Source: a virus | Length of the DNA stretch: 64,000 nucleotides | Strand: one strand, 5' to 3' | Virus record (IMG/VR): IMGVR_UViG_3300035179_000003 | Span: 1-64,000 of that record | Part shown: in pieces, positions 49,622 through 58,099 of the stretch | Layout: each line of letters opens with the position of its first letter | How positions within the stretch are numbered: the stretch's first letter is position 1 | Notes under the pieces: model-generated | Databases searched by the model: none | Told to the model about the DNA's origin: nothing | The model's input: the letters and a program-made list of their open reading frames with translations, nothing else | Made by a program: the position numbers and the translations under genes

Positions 49622-50008
49622 ATGACAAAAATAGATTTAATACAAAGAATGAGTGATATAGGATGGATTGTCACCAGTCAAGAAAAACTTATTTTTACCA
49701 GAAATTTTGGCGGTAGAAAAAGGGGACGTTCCATAACTATTATGTTTAGTCATAGTGGTAATACCAATCATGTTACTATGTTCCATCCATTTTATAATTT
49801 TTATTCCACAATATCACATTTTAAAAGCGCTTATGAAGATCGAAGATTATCTTTGAATAAAAACTTTTTAATAAAGATAATCAAAGAATTCAAACGCGAA
49901 GGTATATGGGATGTGGTTATTAACAAGGATTTTCTTGCCGTAAACGATTTTAATAAAAAATCGTCGAAAGCAAAAATAAGAACAGAATTAAAAGAGTTGT
50001 TATCGTAA
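49622..50008 (+). CDS. Hypothetical protein
   Basis: Packed ORF; GAGG RBS. Confidence 0.65.
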   Translation: MTKIDLIQRMSDIGWIVTSQEKLIFTRNFGGRKRGRSITIMFSHSGNTNHVTMFHPFYNFYSTISHFKSAYEDRRLSLNKNFLIKIIKEFKREGIWDVVINKDFLAVNDFNKKSSKAKIRTELKELLS

Positions 50009-50012
50009 AAAC

Positions 50013-50078
50013 AACCCCAACCACCCTGCAAGGTTTTCTCAAGAAATTCCTTCGCCTTGCAGGGGAGTGTTGGGTTTT
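50013..50078 (+). other. Long GC-rich intergenic stem-loop (terminator or processing/regulatory element)
   Basis: AACCCCAAC-CA-CCCTGCAAGG ... CCTTGCAGGG-GAGT-GTTGGGTT followed by T run. Confidence 0.65.
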
Positions 50079-50086
50079 TATAGAAA

Positions 50087-50872
50087 GTGGGTTATATGAA
50101 AAACATCAGAAGAGGTGTTTTTGAAACAAATTCGTCAAGCACACATTCCGTTACCATATCAGGTTTTGATCTTATGCTTGATGTATCATTGGTTCCTGAT
50201 ATAAATGGAAATATTATTATTCAAGGGAAAGAATTCGGATGGAAATGGGAAAAGTTTAATGATGCTTATTCAAAAGCATCATATTGTTTTTTGAATTTTA
50301 AAGAACGTCGTGAAGAATTAAAAGAAATAATAAAAAAACAAACCGGCGCCAATAACGTTATTTTTGACGAACATGACGGATATATCGATCATGTTGGCGA
50401 GCATTGTTCTATAGAAAAAATAGAAGATTTTCATTTTTTTATATTTGATAAAAATTCATGGCTTTTTCTTGGTAACGATAATGAATATGCCCCAAACGAA
50501 TTCTATGACCTGCCAGGAACAAAATATAATTATCTTCTTACCACAGAAGGATTACCATTTGTTTTAAAATGGAAATTTAAGGACTTGCCTACAGATGAAG
50601 ACGCTGAAGAAGCAATTTCTTCTCTTGTACAAAATATTAGATTTAATCAAACAAAAAATTGCTGGGAAAGAGATTGGATTTTTAGCAATTCCAGAGAAGT
50701 ATATTATATTTATAGCAAATATTATCTTCCGGCAAAAAATAATAAAATCGTTTTTCTCAAAGACAACCTTTATCATGAAGCATATAAATTAAAAACAAAA
50801 GTATCCGAATTAATATTGAAAAAGGAGAATCAAATTGAAATTTCCTATACAATACAAAAACGGAAATGTTAA
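50087..50872 (+). CDS. ETNSSS-motif phage protein
   Basis: IRRGVFETNSSSTHS N-terminus, EFGW, GYIDH, GNDN. Confidence 0.8.
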   Translation: MGYMKNIRRGVFETNSSSTHSVTISGFDLMLDVSLVPDINGNIIIQGKEFGWKWEKFNDAYSKASYCFLNFKERREELKEIIKKQTGANNVIFDEHDGYIDHVGEHCSIEKIEDFHFFIFDKNSWLFLGNDNEYAPNEFYDLPGTKYNYLLTTEGLPFVLKWKFKDLPTDEDAEEAISSLVQNIRFNQTKNCWERDWIFSNSREVYYIYSKYYLPAKNNKIVFLKDNLYHEAYKLKTKVSELILKKENQIEISYTIQKRKC

Positions 50873-51692
50873 AATTACTCTCCATTCCGACGGTACTAAA
50901 ATCAGAACATTTACCGGCGAGCCAATGCCGGAATTTCCGGAAAGTATTGATCTGAAAATTACCAATAAATGTGATATAAATTGCCCATATTGCCATGAGT
51001 CGTCACTACCTGGGGCAAGAGGCGGTAATATTTATCGTATCATTCAGGAATTAGAAACCCTTCCTCCTGTCGGTATCGAATTGGCAATCGGCGGTGGAAA
51101 CCCCGGCAGCCATCCCGATCTTATATTTCTTTTGGAAACATTAAAAAAAAGAAATTTTATTTGTAACATCACCCTTCATAGGGAACATGCATGGCGTATT
51201 GAAGATTTTATACTCCAAGATCTGGTTCATGGTATCGGAATTTCCGGAGCGAAGGTTCCTGAATTTTTATGGAATAATGTTATTTATCACTTTATTGCTG
51301 GAATAAATAATATAGAAGACATAGAACCGTTTAAAAAAATTCTTGTTCTTGGTTTTAAAAATTTAGGAAGAGGAAAAAAGTGCAATCAAGAAAAAATTAA
51401 AAAAAATCTTGATAGATGGTATAAATATATTCCAATGTATTTTAAAGAAAAAATTATTAGTTTTGACAATCTCGCAATTGAACAATTAGGTATAAAAAGA
51501 TTTTTTACTGATGAAGGATGGAAATATTTTTACATGGGCGATGATGGCCAATTTTCAATGTATATCGATGGCGTGCGTGGAGAATTTGCTATTTCAAGCA
51601 CCAGCAAAAAACGCGTCTCGTGGAATGAGACGTCTATTATAAATTTTTTTCAAAAGGAGTTTTTGTGGACAAAGAACTTAAAGAACTTTTAG
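50835..51692 (+). CDS. Radical SAM protein
   Basis: IDLKITNKCDINCPYCHE (CxxxCxxC), ELAIGGGNP; start uncertain (TTG). Confidence 0.88.
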   Translation: MKFPIQYKNGNVKITLHSDGTKIRTFTGEPMPEFPESIDLKITNKCDINCPYCHESSLPGARGGNIYRIIQELETLPPVGIELAIGGGNPGSHPDLIFLLETLKKRNFICNITLHREHAWRIEDFILQDLVHGIGISGAKVPEFLWNNVIYHFIAGINNIEDIEPFKKILVLGFKNLGRGKKCNQEKIKKNLDRWYKYIPMYFKEKIISFDNLAIEQLGIKRFFTDEGWKYFYMGDDGQFSMYIDGVRGEFAISSTSKKRVSWNETSIINFFQKEFLWTKNLKNF

Positions 51693-51841
51693 AGAGAATC
51701 GCAGAAGGCCTTGAGACGATAAACATTACCCTGGAAGAACAACTTACTCATATTGACATAACCCTTACCTCATTATTTGAATCCATAAACGATGGGACGT
51801 CAAATGGTCCACTTGGTAATGACAATGCAGTCGGGGGATAA
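51665..51841 (+). CDS. Small acidic helical protein (58 aa), not in ORF track
   Basis: AAGGAG RBS then GTG; VDKELKELLERIAEGLETINITLEEQL... Confidence 0.5.
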   Translation: MDKELKELLERIAEGLETINITLEEQLTHIDITLTSLFESINDGTSNGPLGNDNAVGG

Positions 51842-52037
51842 TGGTCCAATTTTTTTAGATGTAATTGGGTGTTTTTCGACGCTTAAACGTGCAAAAGAAA
51901 TTATTGACATGATCGAATCCGGGATGAAAATTCCTGGACTCGATTATGATACACTTCAACCATGTGATGGAGTAGCAATGGTTGGATCGTTTGAGATAAA
52001 TAAAACCGTTAGGAAGACAAAACATGAATTGGGATAA
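51792..52037 (+). CDS. Hypothetical protein
   Basis: VIG.FST...A pattern common in small phage proteins. Confidence 0.6.
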   Translation: MGRQMVHLVMTMQSGDNGPIFLDVIGCFSTLKRAKEIIDMIESGMKIPGLDYDTLQPCDGVAMVGSFEINKTVRKTKHELG

Positions 52038-52950
52038 AATTAATAAAATAGTAAAAGAAGCAAAAAATACGATAGATGGAAAAATTAAAAATCATTTATG
52101 CGCTTTTGACAATTGCATTACCAGGACCAGGGGCAAGGATAAGTATTGTAAAAGACATAAAAAAAGCTTCAAATCAATAATATTTATATTATTAAGCGCC
52201 ATGATATATGCGGAACAACCAAAATCCATAGGACCAACCGTTGAATTTATTTCTAAACGATTTCATATGCAGGAACCAAATTATCTTATATTCGGATTTC
52301 AAAAATCCGATTCCAGTATTAAATATAAAAATCAGGTAAAAATTCTTATAAGTATGAAATTTGACATTGTCGATTGGAAACTGGATTCGATTAAGAAGTT
52401 TCAAATTACCTTTGGGTATCGCCAAAAAAGTTTCTGGAACGTATACGATGGCGCCGTAAGTCGTCCTATGTACGAGAATGATTATAGTCCATCATTCTAT
52501 TGTTCTTATCAAACTATGGCTCGCGCGCTTCCTATAGCTTTCCTGGGCGGTTATGTCCATGAATCAAATGGTAATACCGATAAATTATCCAGAAGCTGGG
52601 ATAGAATTTGTAGTAGCATGTCGCTTGGAAATTTAGAATCAAACCAGGCTTTTGCCCAACTTGATTTGTGGTATCCATGGGGAATGGAAGAAAATCCTGA
52701 AATATGGAAACATTATGGAATTGGGGAATTAACCATTTATTATAAACCATATAATTTCTTTTGCTGTTCAATAATTTGGAAAATAATTTCTGATAATTTT
52801 GAATTTGGATTTTATGGAAATCCGTTTTATCGGACGAAAACAATCAAACCGACTATTTATATTCAGTTATATATCGGCAGTGGTGAAAATATGTCGGATT
52901 ATAAAGAAAGGCATACATGTTTACGAATAGGAATGGCGACATTATTGTAG
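52024..52950 (+). CDS. pldA: Outer-membrane phospholipase A (OMPLA) with an extra ~45-aa N-terminal segment
   Basis: VK..IS.K, FGY.QKSFW.VY..SRP..E.DY.P and catalytic HESNG...SRSWDR; alternating beta-barrel strands; internal signal-like KKSFKSIIFILLSAMIYA. Confidence 0.85.
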   Translation: MNWDKINKIVKEAKNTIDGKIKNHLCAFDNCITRTRGKDKYCKRHKKSFKSIIFILLSAMIYAEQPKSIGPTVEFISKRFHMQEPNYLIFGFQKSDSSIKYKNQVKILISMKFDIVDWKLDSIKKFQITFGYRQKSFWNVYDGAVSRPMYENDYSPSFYCSYQTMARALPIAFLGGYVHESNGNTDKLSRSWDRICSSMSLGNLESNQAFAQLDLWYPWGMEENPEIWKHYGIGELTIYYKPYNFFCCSIIWKIISDNFEFGFYGNPFYRTKTIKPTIYIQLYIGSGENMSDYKERHTCLRIGMATLL

Positions 52951-53357
52951 CAAGTTGTAAAAAAGAAGCAATCGGTAAAGTATATAATGAGATAAGTTTT
53001 CCAGATAATAAAATTTTTGAAGGCTGTCTTCCAATTACTAATATCTTATCATTTCGCTCCTCAGAAACTATTTTAGAAATAAATAAATATAGTTATCATT
53101 ATTCATGGTTAAATATATTAAACCCGGATTATGGAACAATAAAAAATGTTCCCAAAGACAAGCGGGATGAATATTGTAGTTTTGTAGAAAAAATGACTTC
53201 ATTTATTGGCAAAAGACTTATGTTTATAAAAAAGAACGAGCCTGATAGAACTATATATCAAATGATCGGTGATGGATCATGGCTTTTTGCCGAACAATGG
53301 ATAAATTTTTCAATAATTTCTATAAAAATTTTAGGAGAGGATATTCATATTTTATGA
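52917..53357 (+). CDS. Hypothetical protein
   Basis: Packed ORF; start uncertain. Confidence 0.5.
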   Translation: MFTNRNGDIIVASCKKEAIGKVYNEISFPDNKIFEGCLPITNILSFRSSETILEINKYSYHYSWLNILNPDYGTIKNVPKDKRDEYCSFVEKMTSFIGKRLMFIKKNEPDRTIYQMIGDGSWLFAEQWINFSIISIKILGEDIHIL

Positions 53358-53515
53358 CAAGAAAAGGATTTCCAACAATTGAAAATGCAAAACAAGCTAC
53401 GGAAAAACGATTAAAATATTGGAAGATTTATTTACAAAAACCAATAGACGACGATGAGAAAATTGTTGTTGATATAATTAACGAAAGATTAAAAAAAAAT
53501 AAAAGGAGATTTTAA
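53354..53515 (+). CDS. Hypothetical protein
   Basis: ATGA-coupled start at 53354 within track ORF 53279..53515. Confidence 0.5.
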   Translation: MTRKGFPTIENAKQATEKRLKYWKIYLQKPIDDDEKIVVDIINERLKKNKRRF

Positions 53516-53517
53516 AA

Positions 53518-53775
53518 TTGGAAAATAAAGAATGGTTAGAAGCTGTAAAATTATTAAAAAATCCAGAAATCATCTCTTTTATTAAGAGAAAAAAATCATA
53601 TTGGTGCAGAAATAAAAGGGGAACGTTCGGAAAAGAAGTTCCCCAAGAAATTATAATCCAATGGATTTCTGAAAAAATCATCAGTCAAATCGTTGTTGGA
53701 TTACATAAACAACCAATAGAAGAACTCTGCAAACTAAGAGAAAAATACCATGAAAAGATATCTGTTAAAGATTGA
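53518..53775 (+). CDS. Hypothetical protein
   Basis: AAGGAG RBS, TTG start. Confidence 0.6.
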   Translation: MENKEWLEAVKLLKNPEIISFIKRKKSYWCRNKRGTFGKEVPQEIIIQWISEKIISQIVVGLHKQPIEELCKLREKYHEKISVKD

Positions 53776-53950
53776 AAATAACACCACGCCTTATGTCAGT
53801 TATTCTTTTAAAAACGATAAAAAAAGAATCGAAATGGCAAAAGAACACAGAATAATTGATCGGGAAAAAAGAGATGGATTATTCCGAGTAGATGTTTTTA
53901 AAAATGGAAAAATCAGGGTTGAATCTTTTAAAGCCATAAAACTCAAGTGA
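53750..53950 (+). CDS. Hypothetical protein
   Basis: Packed ORF ending at the tnpB remnant. Confidence 0.5.
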   Translation: MKRYLLKIENNTTPYVSYSFKNDKKRIEMAKEHRIIDREKRDGLFRVDVFKNGKIRVESFKAIKLK

Positions 53951-54189
53951 CTGCTCCCAAGCATTTTTTCTAAGTGCAAGAGTTTCATTGTATACCCAAC
54001 GAGTTTGTTCCAAGATATTGCTCATCTTGGTGGTTTGGAATTTGGTGGGGTATAATCGGTATTTGAAAGTTTTGCGCATTAGAGGTAATATATTACATTT
54101 TGCACAAAGAGTGTGACTATTTTTAATAGATAGTACTGGTTCGCTTTCATCCCACGGTTAAAACCGTGGGTTTTCTCGCTCACAGGAGC
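53945..54189 (-). mobile_element. Degenerate IS200/IS605 element: end hairpin plus 5' fragment of tnpB
   Basis: MRKTFKYRLYPT..Q.......L...RWVYN..L..R...W from 54079 (TnpB N-terminal HTH) truncated after ~44 aa; palindrome CCCACGGTT-AA-AACCGTGGG at ~54151-54170; TTTAT 5' of the inferred left end. Confidence 0.8.
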
Positions 54190-54193
54190 ATAA

Positions 54194-54532
54194 ATGATTA
54201 AACTTGAAGATTGTAAAGATGGATTTCTTTATTTTATTGAAGCCAGAAATGCAACAATCGGAATTTATGATAAAAAAGAATTAGGATTTATAATAAGTAG
54301 ACATAAATTTAAAAGTAATTTTCTATTTATAGAATATCATTGGGATATTGGTAAAATAAAACCAGACATGGAATATTTTGGTACTGTTAAACCACTTAAA
54401 GAACTTTGTCCCACAAATATATCTTTTTTATCAGAAGATGAAAAATTAAAATTTTTAAATGAGATGGAAATATCTAAAAAAGATGAAATAGATATCTATA
54501 AATGCGACAACCCTGAAACGGAGATTTATTAA
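54194..54532 (+). CDS. Hypothetical protein
   Basis: AGGAG RBS; EYHWD...GTVKP motif. Confidence 0.7.
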   Translation: MIKLEDCKDGFLYFIEARNATIGIYDKKELGFIISRHKFKSNFLFIEYHWDIGKIKPDMEYFGTVKPLKELCPTNISFLSEDEKLKFLNEMEISKKDEIDIYKCDNPETEIY

Positions 54533-55065
54533 TGTTTTTTTTCACTGCAGATCAACATTTTAATCATGAACGAATTATAAATTATTGCCATAGACCATTT
54601 ATTGATATTGTCGAAATGAACGAAGTATTAATTAATAAATGGAATAATAAGGTAACGCCAAAAGATTCCGTTTATGTTCTCGGTGATTTTTATTTTAAAG
54701 ATTTGCCATCGTATCATTATTATGATATACGAAATAGATTAAATGGAAAAATATTTCTTATTACCGGAGATCATGATGATTATATAGGCTCGCCGTCTTC
54801 TTACCAATTAGAAACAAAAACGCCATATCTTTTCTTAAACAATCAAATTGCCTTATTTCATTGGTGTATCAGGAATTGGCAAAGATCGCATTTTAATTCC
54901 TGGCATTTATATGGACATAGCCATGGGAAATTATTTCCTATTGGTAAATCATGGGACGTCGGCGTTGATAATAATAATTTCGAACCGTTGTCATATAGGG
55001 AAATTGAAACGATTATGAATAATCGTCCCGATAATCCAAACCATATCAAAAAGGAAAAATCATGA
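54532..55065 (+). CDS. Calcineurin-like metallophosphoesterase
   Basis: ADQHF.H, LGDF, GDHD, HLYGHSH, DVGVD. Confidence 0.9.
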   Translation: MFFFTADQHFNHERIINYCHRPFIDIVEMNEVLINKWNNKVTPKDSVYVLGDFYFKDLPSYHYYDIRNRLNGKIFLITGDHDDYIGSPSSYQLETKTPYLFLNNQIALFHWCIRNWQRSHFNSWHLYGHSHGKLFPIGKSWDVGVDNNNFEPLSYREIETIMNNRPDNPNHIKKEKS

Positions 55066-55259
55066 AAAAATACAAAGTCACGGTTGAAAAGCAAACATAT
55101 CAAAACGGATCCGTCGAAATTGTTGCTGAAGACGAAAAAAAAGCTATTGAAAAAGTAAACATATTGATTATGGGAGGCAAATTACAAACTACCAATATAA
55201 AATGGGACGACCCAGTTTATATCGATTTTAGTTTTCAAACGACGGGAGATGTAGAATAA
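55062..55259 (+). CDS. Hypothetical protein
   Basis: MKKYKVTV...VEI.AE.E..A small phage family pattern; ATGA overlap. Confidence 0.7.
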   Translation: MKKYKVTVEKQTYQNGSVEIVAEDEKKAIEKVNILIMGGKLQTTNIKWDDPVYIDFSFQTTGDVE

Positions 55260-55291
55260 AATTTTTAAATGAATAAAAAAAGGAATTTCTT

Positions 55292-55687
55292 ATGTCAAAA
55301 TTAATAGATTATGTTTTAAGCCACACAGAACGCGGAGAATGTATTTGTGGAAAATGTTGTGATTCTTTAGGATCGCAACAACCCGATGGTCATACGGTTG
55401 ATTTAACATTTTTCAAAGTAAAAGCAATTAATAATGCGGATGCCAAAGAATTTCTAGCTTTGATAAATGATGGATATTCAAATCTGCTTGATGGAAAAGA
55501 ATATAATTACTTAACACTTGGCGGAATTCTTGGAAGTCAGGAGGCTGCACTAATGACCATAGGACTTGGCCATTTACTTGGAATATGGTCAGCGCTTACT
55601 CCGGAAATCATGATGCCGTTTTTATCTAAAGATTTAAAATTACAAATGGCTAGATGTGGTATGGTTGCATTACAAAAAAAAGAATAA
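55292..55687 (+). CDS. Hypothetical protein
   Basis: RG.C.CGKC.D motif; AAGGA RBS. Confidence 0.7.
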   Translation: MSKLIDYVLSHTERGECICGKCCDSLGSQQPDGHTVDLTFFKVKAINNADAKEFLALINDGYSNLLDGKEYNYLTLGGILGSQEAALMTIGLGHLLGIWSALTPEIMMPFLSKDLKLQMARCGMVALQKKE

Positions 55688-55719
55688 AATAGATTTTAGT
55701 TTTAAAACAACTATTAACT

Positions 55720-55754
55720 AAAAAAGGGGATAAATCCTATCCCCCCTTTTTTTT
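55720..55754. terminator. Bidirectional intrinsic terminator
   Basis: A6-GGGGATA-AATCC-TATCCCC-CC-T8 between convergent blocks. Confidence 0.85.
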
Positions 55755-57111
55755 AATTAATAAACATTTTTGTTAATAATCCATAAAATGTAGAAACCTT
55801 CTCAAGGTTTTTTTCAACATCCATTGTATAAAATGCGGGTGCGCGCAATGCGCCTGAAGAATATTGTTGTGGAGATTTAACCCTGGCAACCATTCCAACA
55901 TAATTTTCCGGATGAGCCAACATGTCTTTTCGTTTTTCCTGAGTGAAACCTGTACCGACATTGCCAACAATTTTACCTTTTGGCGTCAAACTATACTGAA
56001 AACCACCGGCTTCATTCTTTTTTACTTGTGGATAAATATTCCGTATATAAACGTCATGGGTATCCCGGAATTTTTGCTTTCTTGGCGAACCGCCCGGTTT
56101 ATTTAAATCCCACTCGACGACGCCTTCAACGGTATCCGGATGTTTTTGTTTCTGTATTTTATTAAGCAGATCCTGTTTGTCCTTTTGTGTTATGACAGTT
56201 TCAGCAACACGCATCGCAGGAATCTTTAATTCTACCTGTTTCATCATTTTCAACTTATCGGCATAAGGCGCGCTCGAAACATCCTTGCCTTTAAATTTTA
56301 CTATATCGAAAATATATGGTTTGAGCGGAGCTGTTTGTTTTTGTTTTTCCAAACTCTTATCAACATTTGAATTTAATATTCCACTGATTTGTTCTGCAGG
56401 AAGAGGGCCTTTGGACGTTGTTCCATATAAATCACCCCTCAATACCGTTCCGCTCAATGATTCAGGAACTTTTAAATCGCGTAAATGTGGAACCTGATTA
56501 GTATGTTCAATGGGTTTGCCGGTTTTTTTACTGGTACGATATGAGTAAATATCATTTTCTTTATTAGCATTTAATTGAAATATTGAATGACTGCCATCGA
56601 CCTTTGGTTGTAAAACTTTATTTTCATCGGAAAAATCCAATGATTTTTTAACGGTTTGATATTTTGGCTTTGAAGTAACGGGATTTTTAATTACTGACGT
56701 CTTAATCATCAGCCAATGTTTATCATCAGCGCCTTTTGGACGTATCATTGTAAAATAACCTTCAGGCAACTTCATTTTAATTTTATCATTCGTCGCTGAA
56801 ATAACTTTTATTTTTTCATCATATACTTTTTTAACTGTCCCGGCGCCATATCCCTTTTTAATCTTTCCCTCAAAATCCATATAGCTTGATAAATGTGTAG
56901 GCTGTCGTATAGCAAGAGTTTTCTGTTTTTCACCAGGCAATGATCTGGTTACCCAACTATGTGCAATTCCTTTATCTTTTAAACGTATATCATAATGTTC
57001 GGTTTTTGCTTTGTGTTTTTGAACAACAAGACGCGTGGTACCTTTTTGATTTATAGGATCAAATCTGGTACGGGAGGGGAGGCCTGGGGCATCATGTTTA
57101 TTTTCATCCAT
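55753..57111 (-). CDS. ATP-dependent DNA ligase with N-terminal LigD-type 3'-phosphoesterase domain
   Basis: N-terminal VVQKH.A...HYD.RL...SW...H..Y.DFEG.I..GYGAG.V; ligase motifs KVDG, FDI, EGVV, VGTGF, LRAP.F. Confidence 0.88.
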   Translation of the reverse strand: MDENKHDAPGLPSRTRFDPINQKGTTRLVVQKHKAKTEHYDIRLKDKGIAHSWVTRSLPGEKQKTLAIRQPTHLSSYMDFEGKIKKGYGAGTVKKVYDEKIKVISATNDKIKMKLPEGYFTMIRPKGADDKHWLMIKTSVIKNPVTSKPKYQTVKKSLDFSDENKVLQPKVDGSHSIFQLNANKENDIYSYRTSKKTGKPIEHTNQVPHLRDLKVPESLSGTVLRGDLYGTTSKGPLPAEQISGILNSNVDKSLEKQKQTAPLKPYIFDIVKFKGKDVSSAPYADKLKMMKQVELKIPAMRVAETVITQKDKQDLLNKIQKQKHPDTVEGVVEWDLNKPGGSPRKQKFRDTHDVYIRNIYPQVKKNEAGGFQYSLTPKGKIVGNVGTGFTQEKRKDMLAHPENYVGMVARVKSPQQYSSGALRAPAFYTMDVEKNLEKVSTFYGLLTKMFIN

Positions 57112-57800
57112 TATCTATAACTCGCAATTTTATTCGACATGGCGCGCTTTCGTCGCGTTATCCACATATCATTTACGTTCAATTTTTTAGCTATGTCCTT
57201 ATTACTCAATATCGGTTTGCCGGCATATCCGAATGTATGCTCGAAAATAACCTTGTCCTTATCTTCCAACTCCTGATATAAATAATCGGCAAGCGCCTTG
57301 TCCTTACTTTCGGCCTGCACCGCGTTTCCGTAAAAATCAAACGACGCCTTGGATGCAGTCGTTTCTCCGCTCAACTCGTTAATCATCCTCGCCGATTCTT
57401 TACGGTTCCACCCAAGCTCGTCTGATATCTGATCGATATTAGGTTCATACCCTAAACGATCGGTGAGATTTATCACTGCCGTGCGAAATGTAGCGCGTTT
57501 TAAATTACGCGCTTCTGGTATATGGCCGGAAATCAAACTCTCGGAAGCAACGCGCTGCACTTTTTTCAAATTATTATATATATGCGTTATTGGTTGGGTA
57601 CCCAGAGTCGGATCATAAGAATTAAACGCTTTAATCATCTGGGATTGAGCATTAGCCCTTAATGTAGAAGGGGAAACGCCGACCGTGCGATAATGGCCGA
57701 CAACACTTTCAATGACTGGTTTATATCGCATTGATAATTCAGAAAACAGTACGGGATCTTTAGTTTTCTGCCATTGCATAATCATGTCTACTTCATTCAT
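57111..57800 (-). CDS. Phage sigma-70-family RNA polymerase sigma factor
   Basis: Region 2 (A..SYDP..G....T), region 3 (LG.EP...I.DELG), region 4 HTH (LSNKDIAKKLNV); start moved from 57836 (inside the mini-element) to 57800. Confidence 0.88.
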   Translation of the reverse strand: MNEVDMIMQWQKTKDPVLFSELSMRYKPVIESVVGHYRTVGVSPSTLRANAQSQMIKAFNSYDPTLGTQPITHIYNNLKKVQRVASESLISGHIPEARNLKRATFRTAVINLTDRLGYEPNIDQISDELGWNRKESARMINELSGETTASKASFDFYGNAVQAESKDKALADYLYQELEDKDKVIFEHTFGYAGKPILSNKDIAKKLNVNDMWITRRKRAMSNKIASYR

Positions 57801-57810
57801 TTTTTGGTAT

Positions 57811-58099
57811 CTACGCAAGGATACCCCGCCCCTCATGGGCAGGAATGAATTGCGCCCTTATGTTAAATAAATTGAACTTGTATTAAAAATTTTTTCTATC
57901 CTCTTAATTCCAAAATCAAACTTGTTTAATCCATCTGTACAAATAACACTTTTTCCATACGAATGACACCCATTTACTGTATACTTTTTTCTTTTAACAA
58001 ACACAAAATCACCGGGTTGTATTGAATATCTTTGTCTACGAATTGAAAGCTTAAAACCTCACGATTCAAGCCCCGACCCTCGTGGTCGGAGTAGTTGAC
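57811..58099 (-). mobile_element. 289-bp internally deleted IscB element (non-autonomous)
   Basis: Left ~42 bp match 19245-19286 except at four hairpin-region positions; joined directly to an iscB 3' end (GFKLSIRRQRYSIQPGDFVF...SIYLT*); then right end GCGCAATTCATTCCTGCCCATGAGGGGCGGGGTATCCTTGCG. Confidence 0.9.

Noticed and set aside
51665-51841. Small ORF ending in VGG as a second ubiquitin-like modifier
   Set aside because: Sequence is helical/coiled-coil, not beta-grasp; the GG lies in an overlap with the next gene and 36 kb from the E1
57801-57836. MRGGVSLRRYQK N-terminal extension of the sigma factor
   Set aside because: Its ATG lies in the right-end hairpin of the mini-IscB element; ATG 57800 is more plausible
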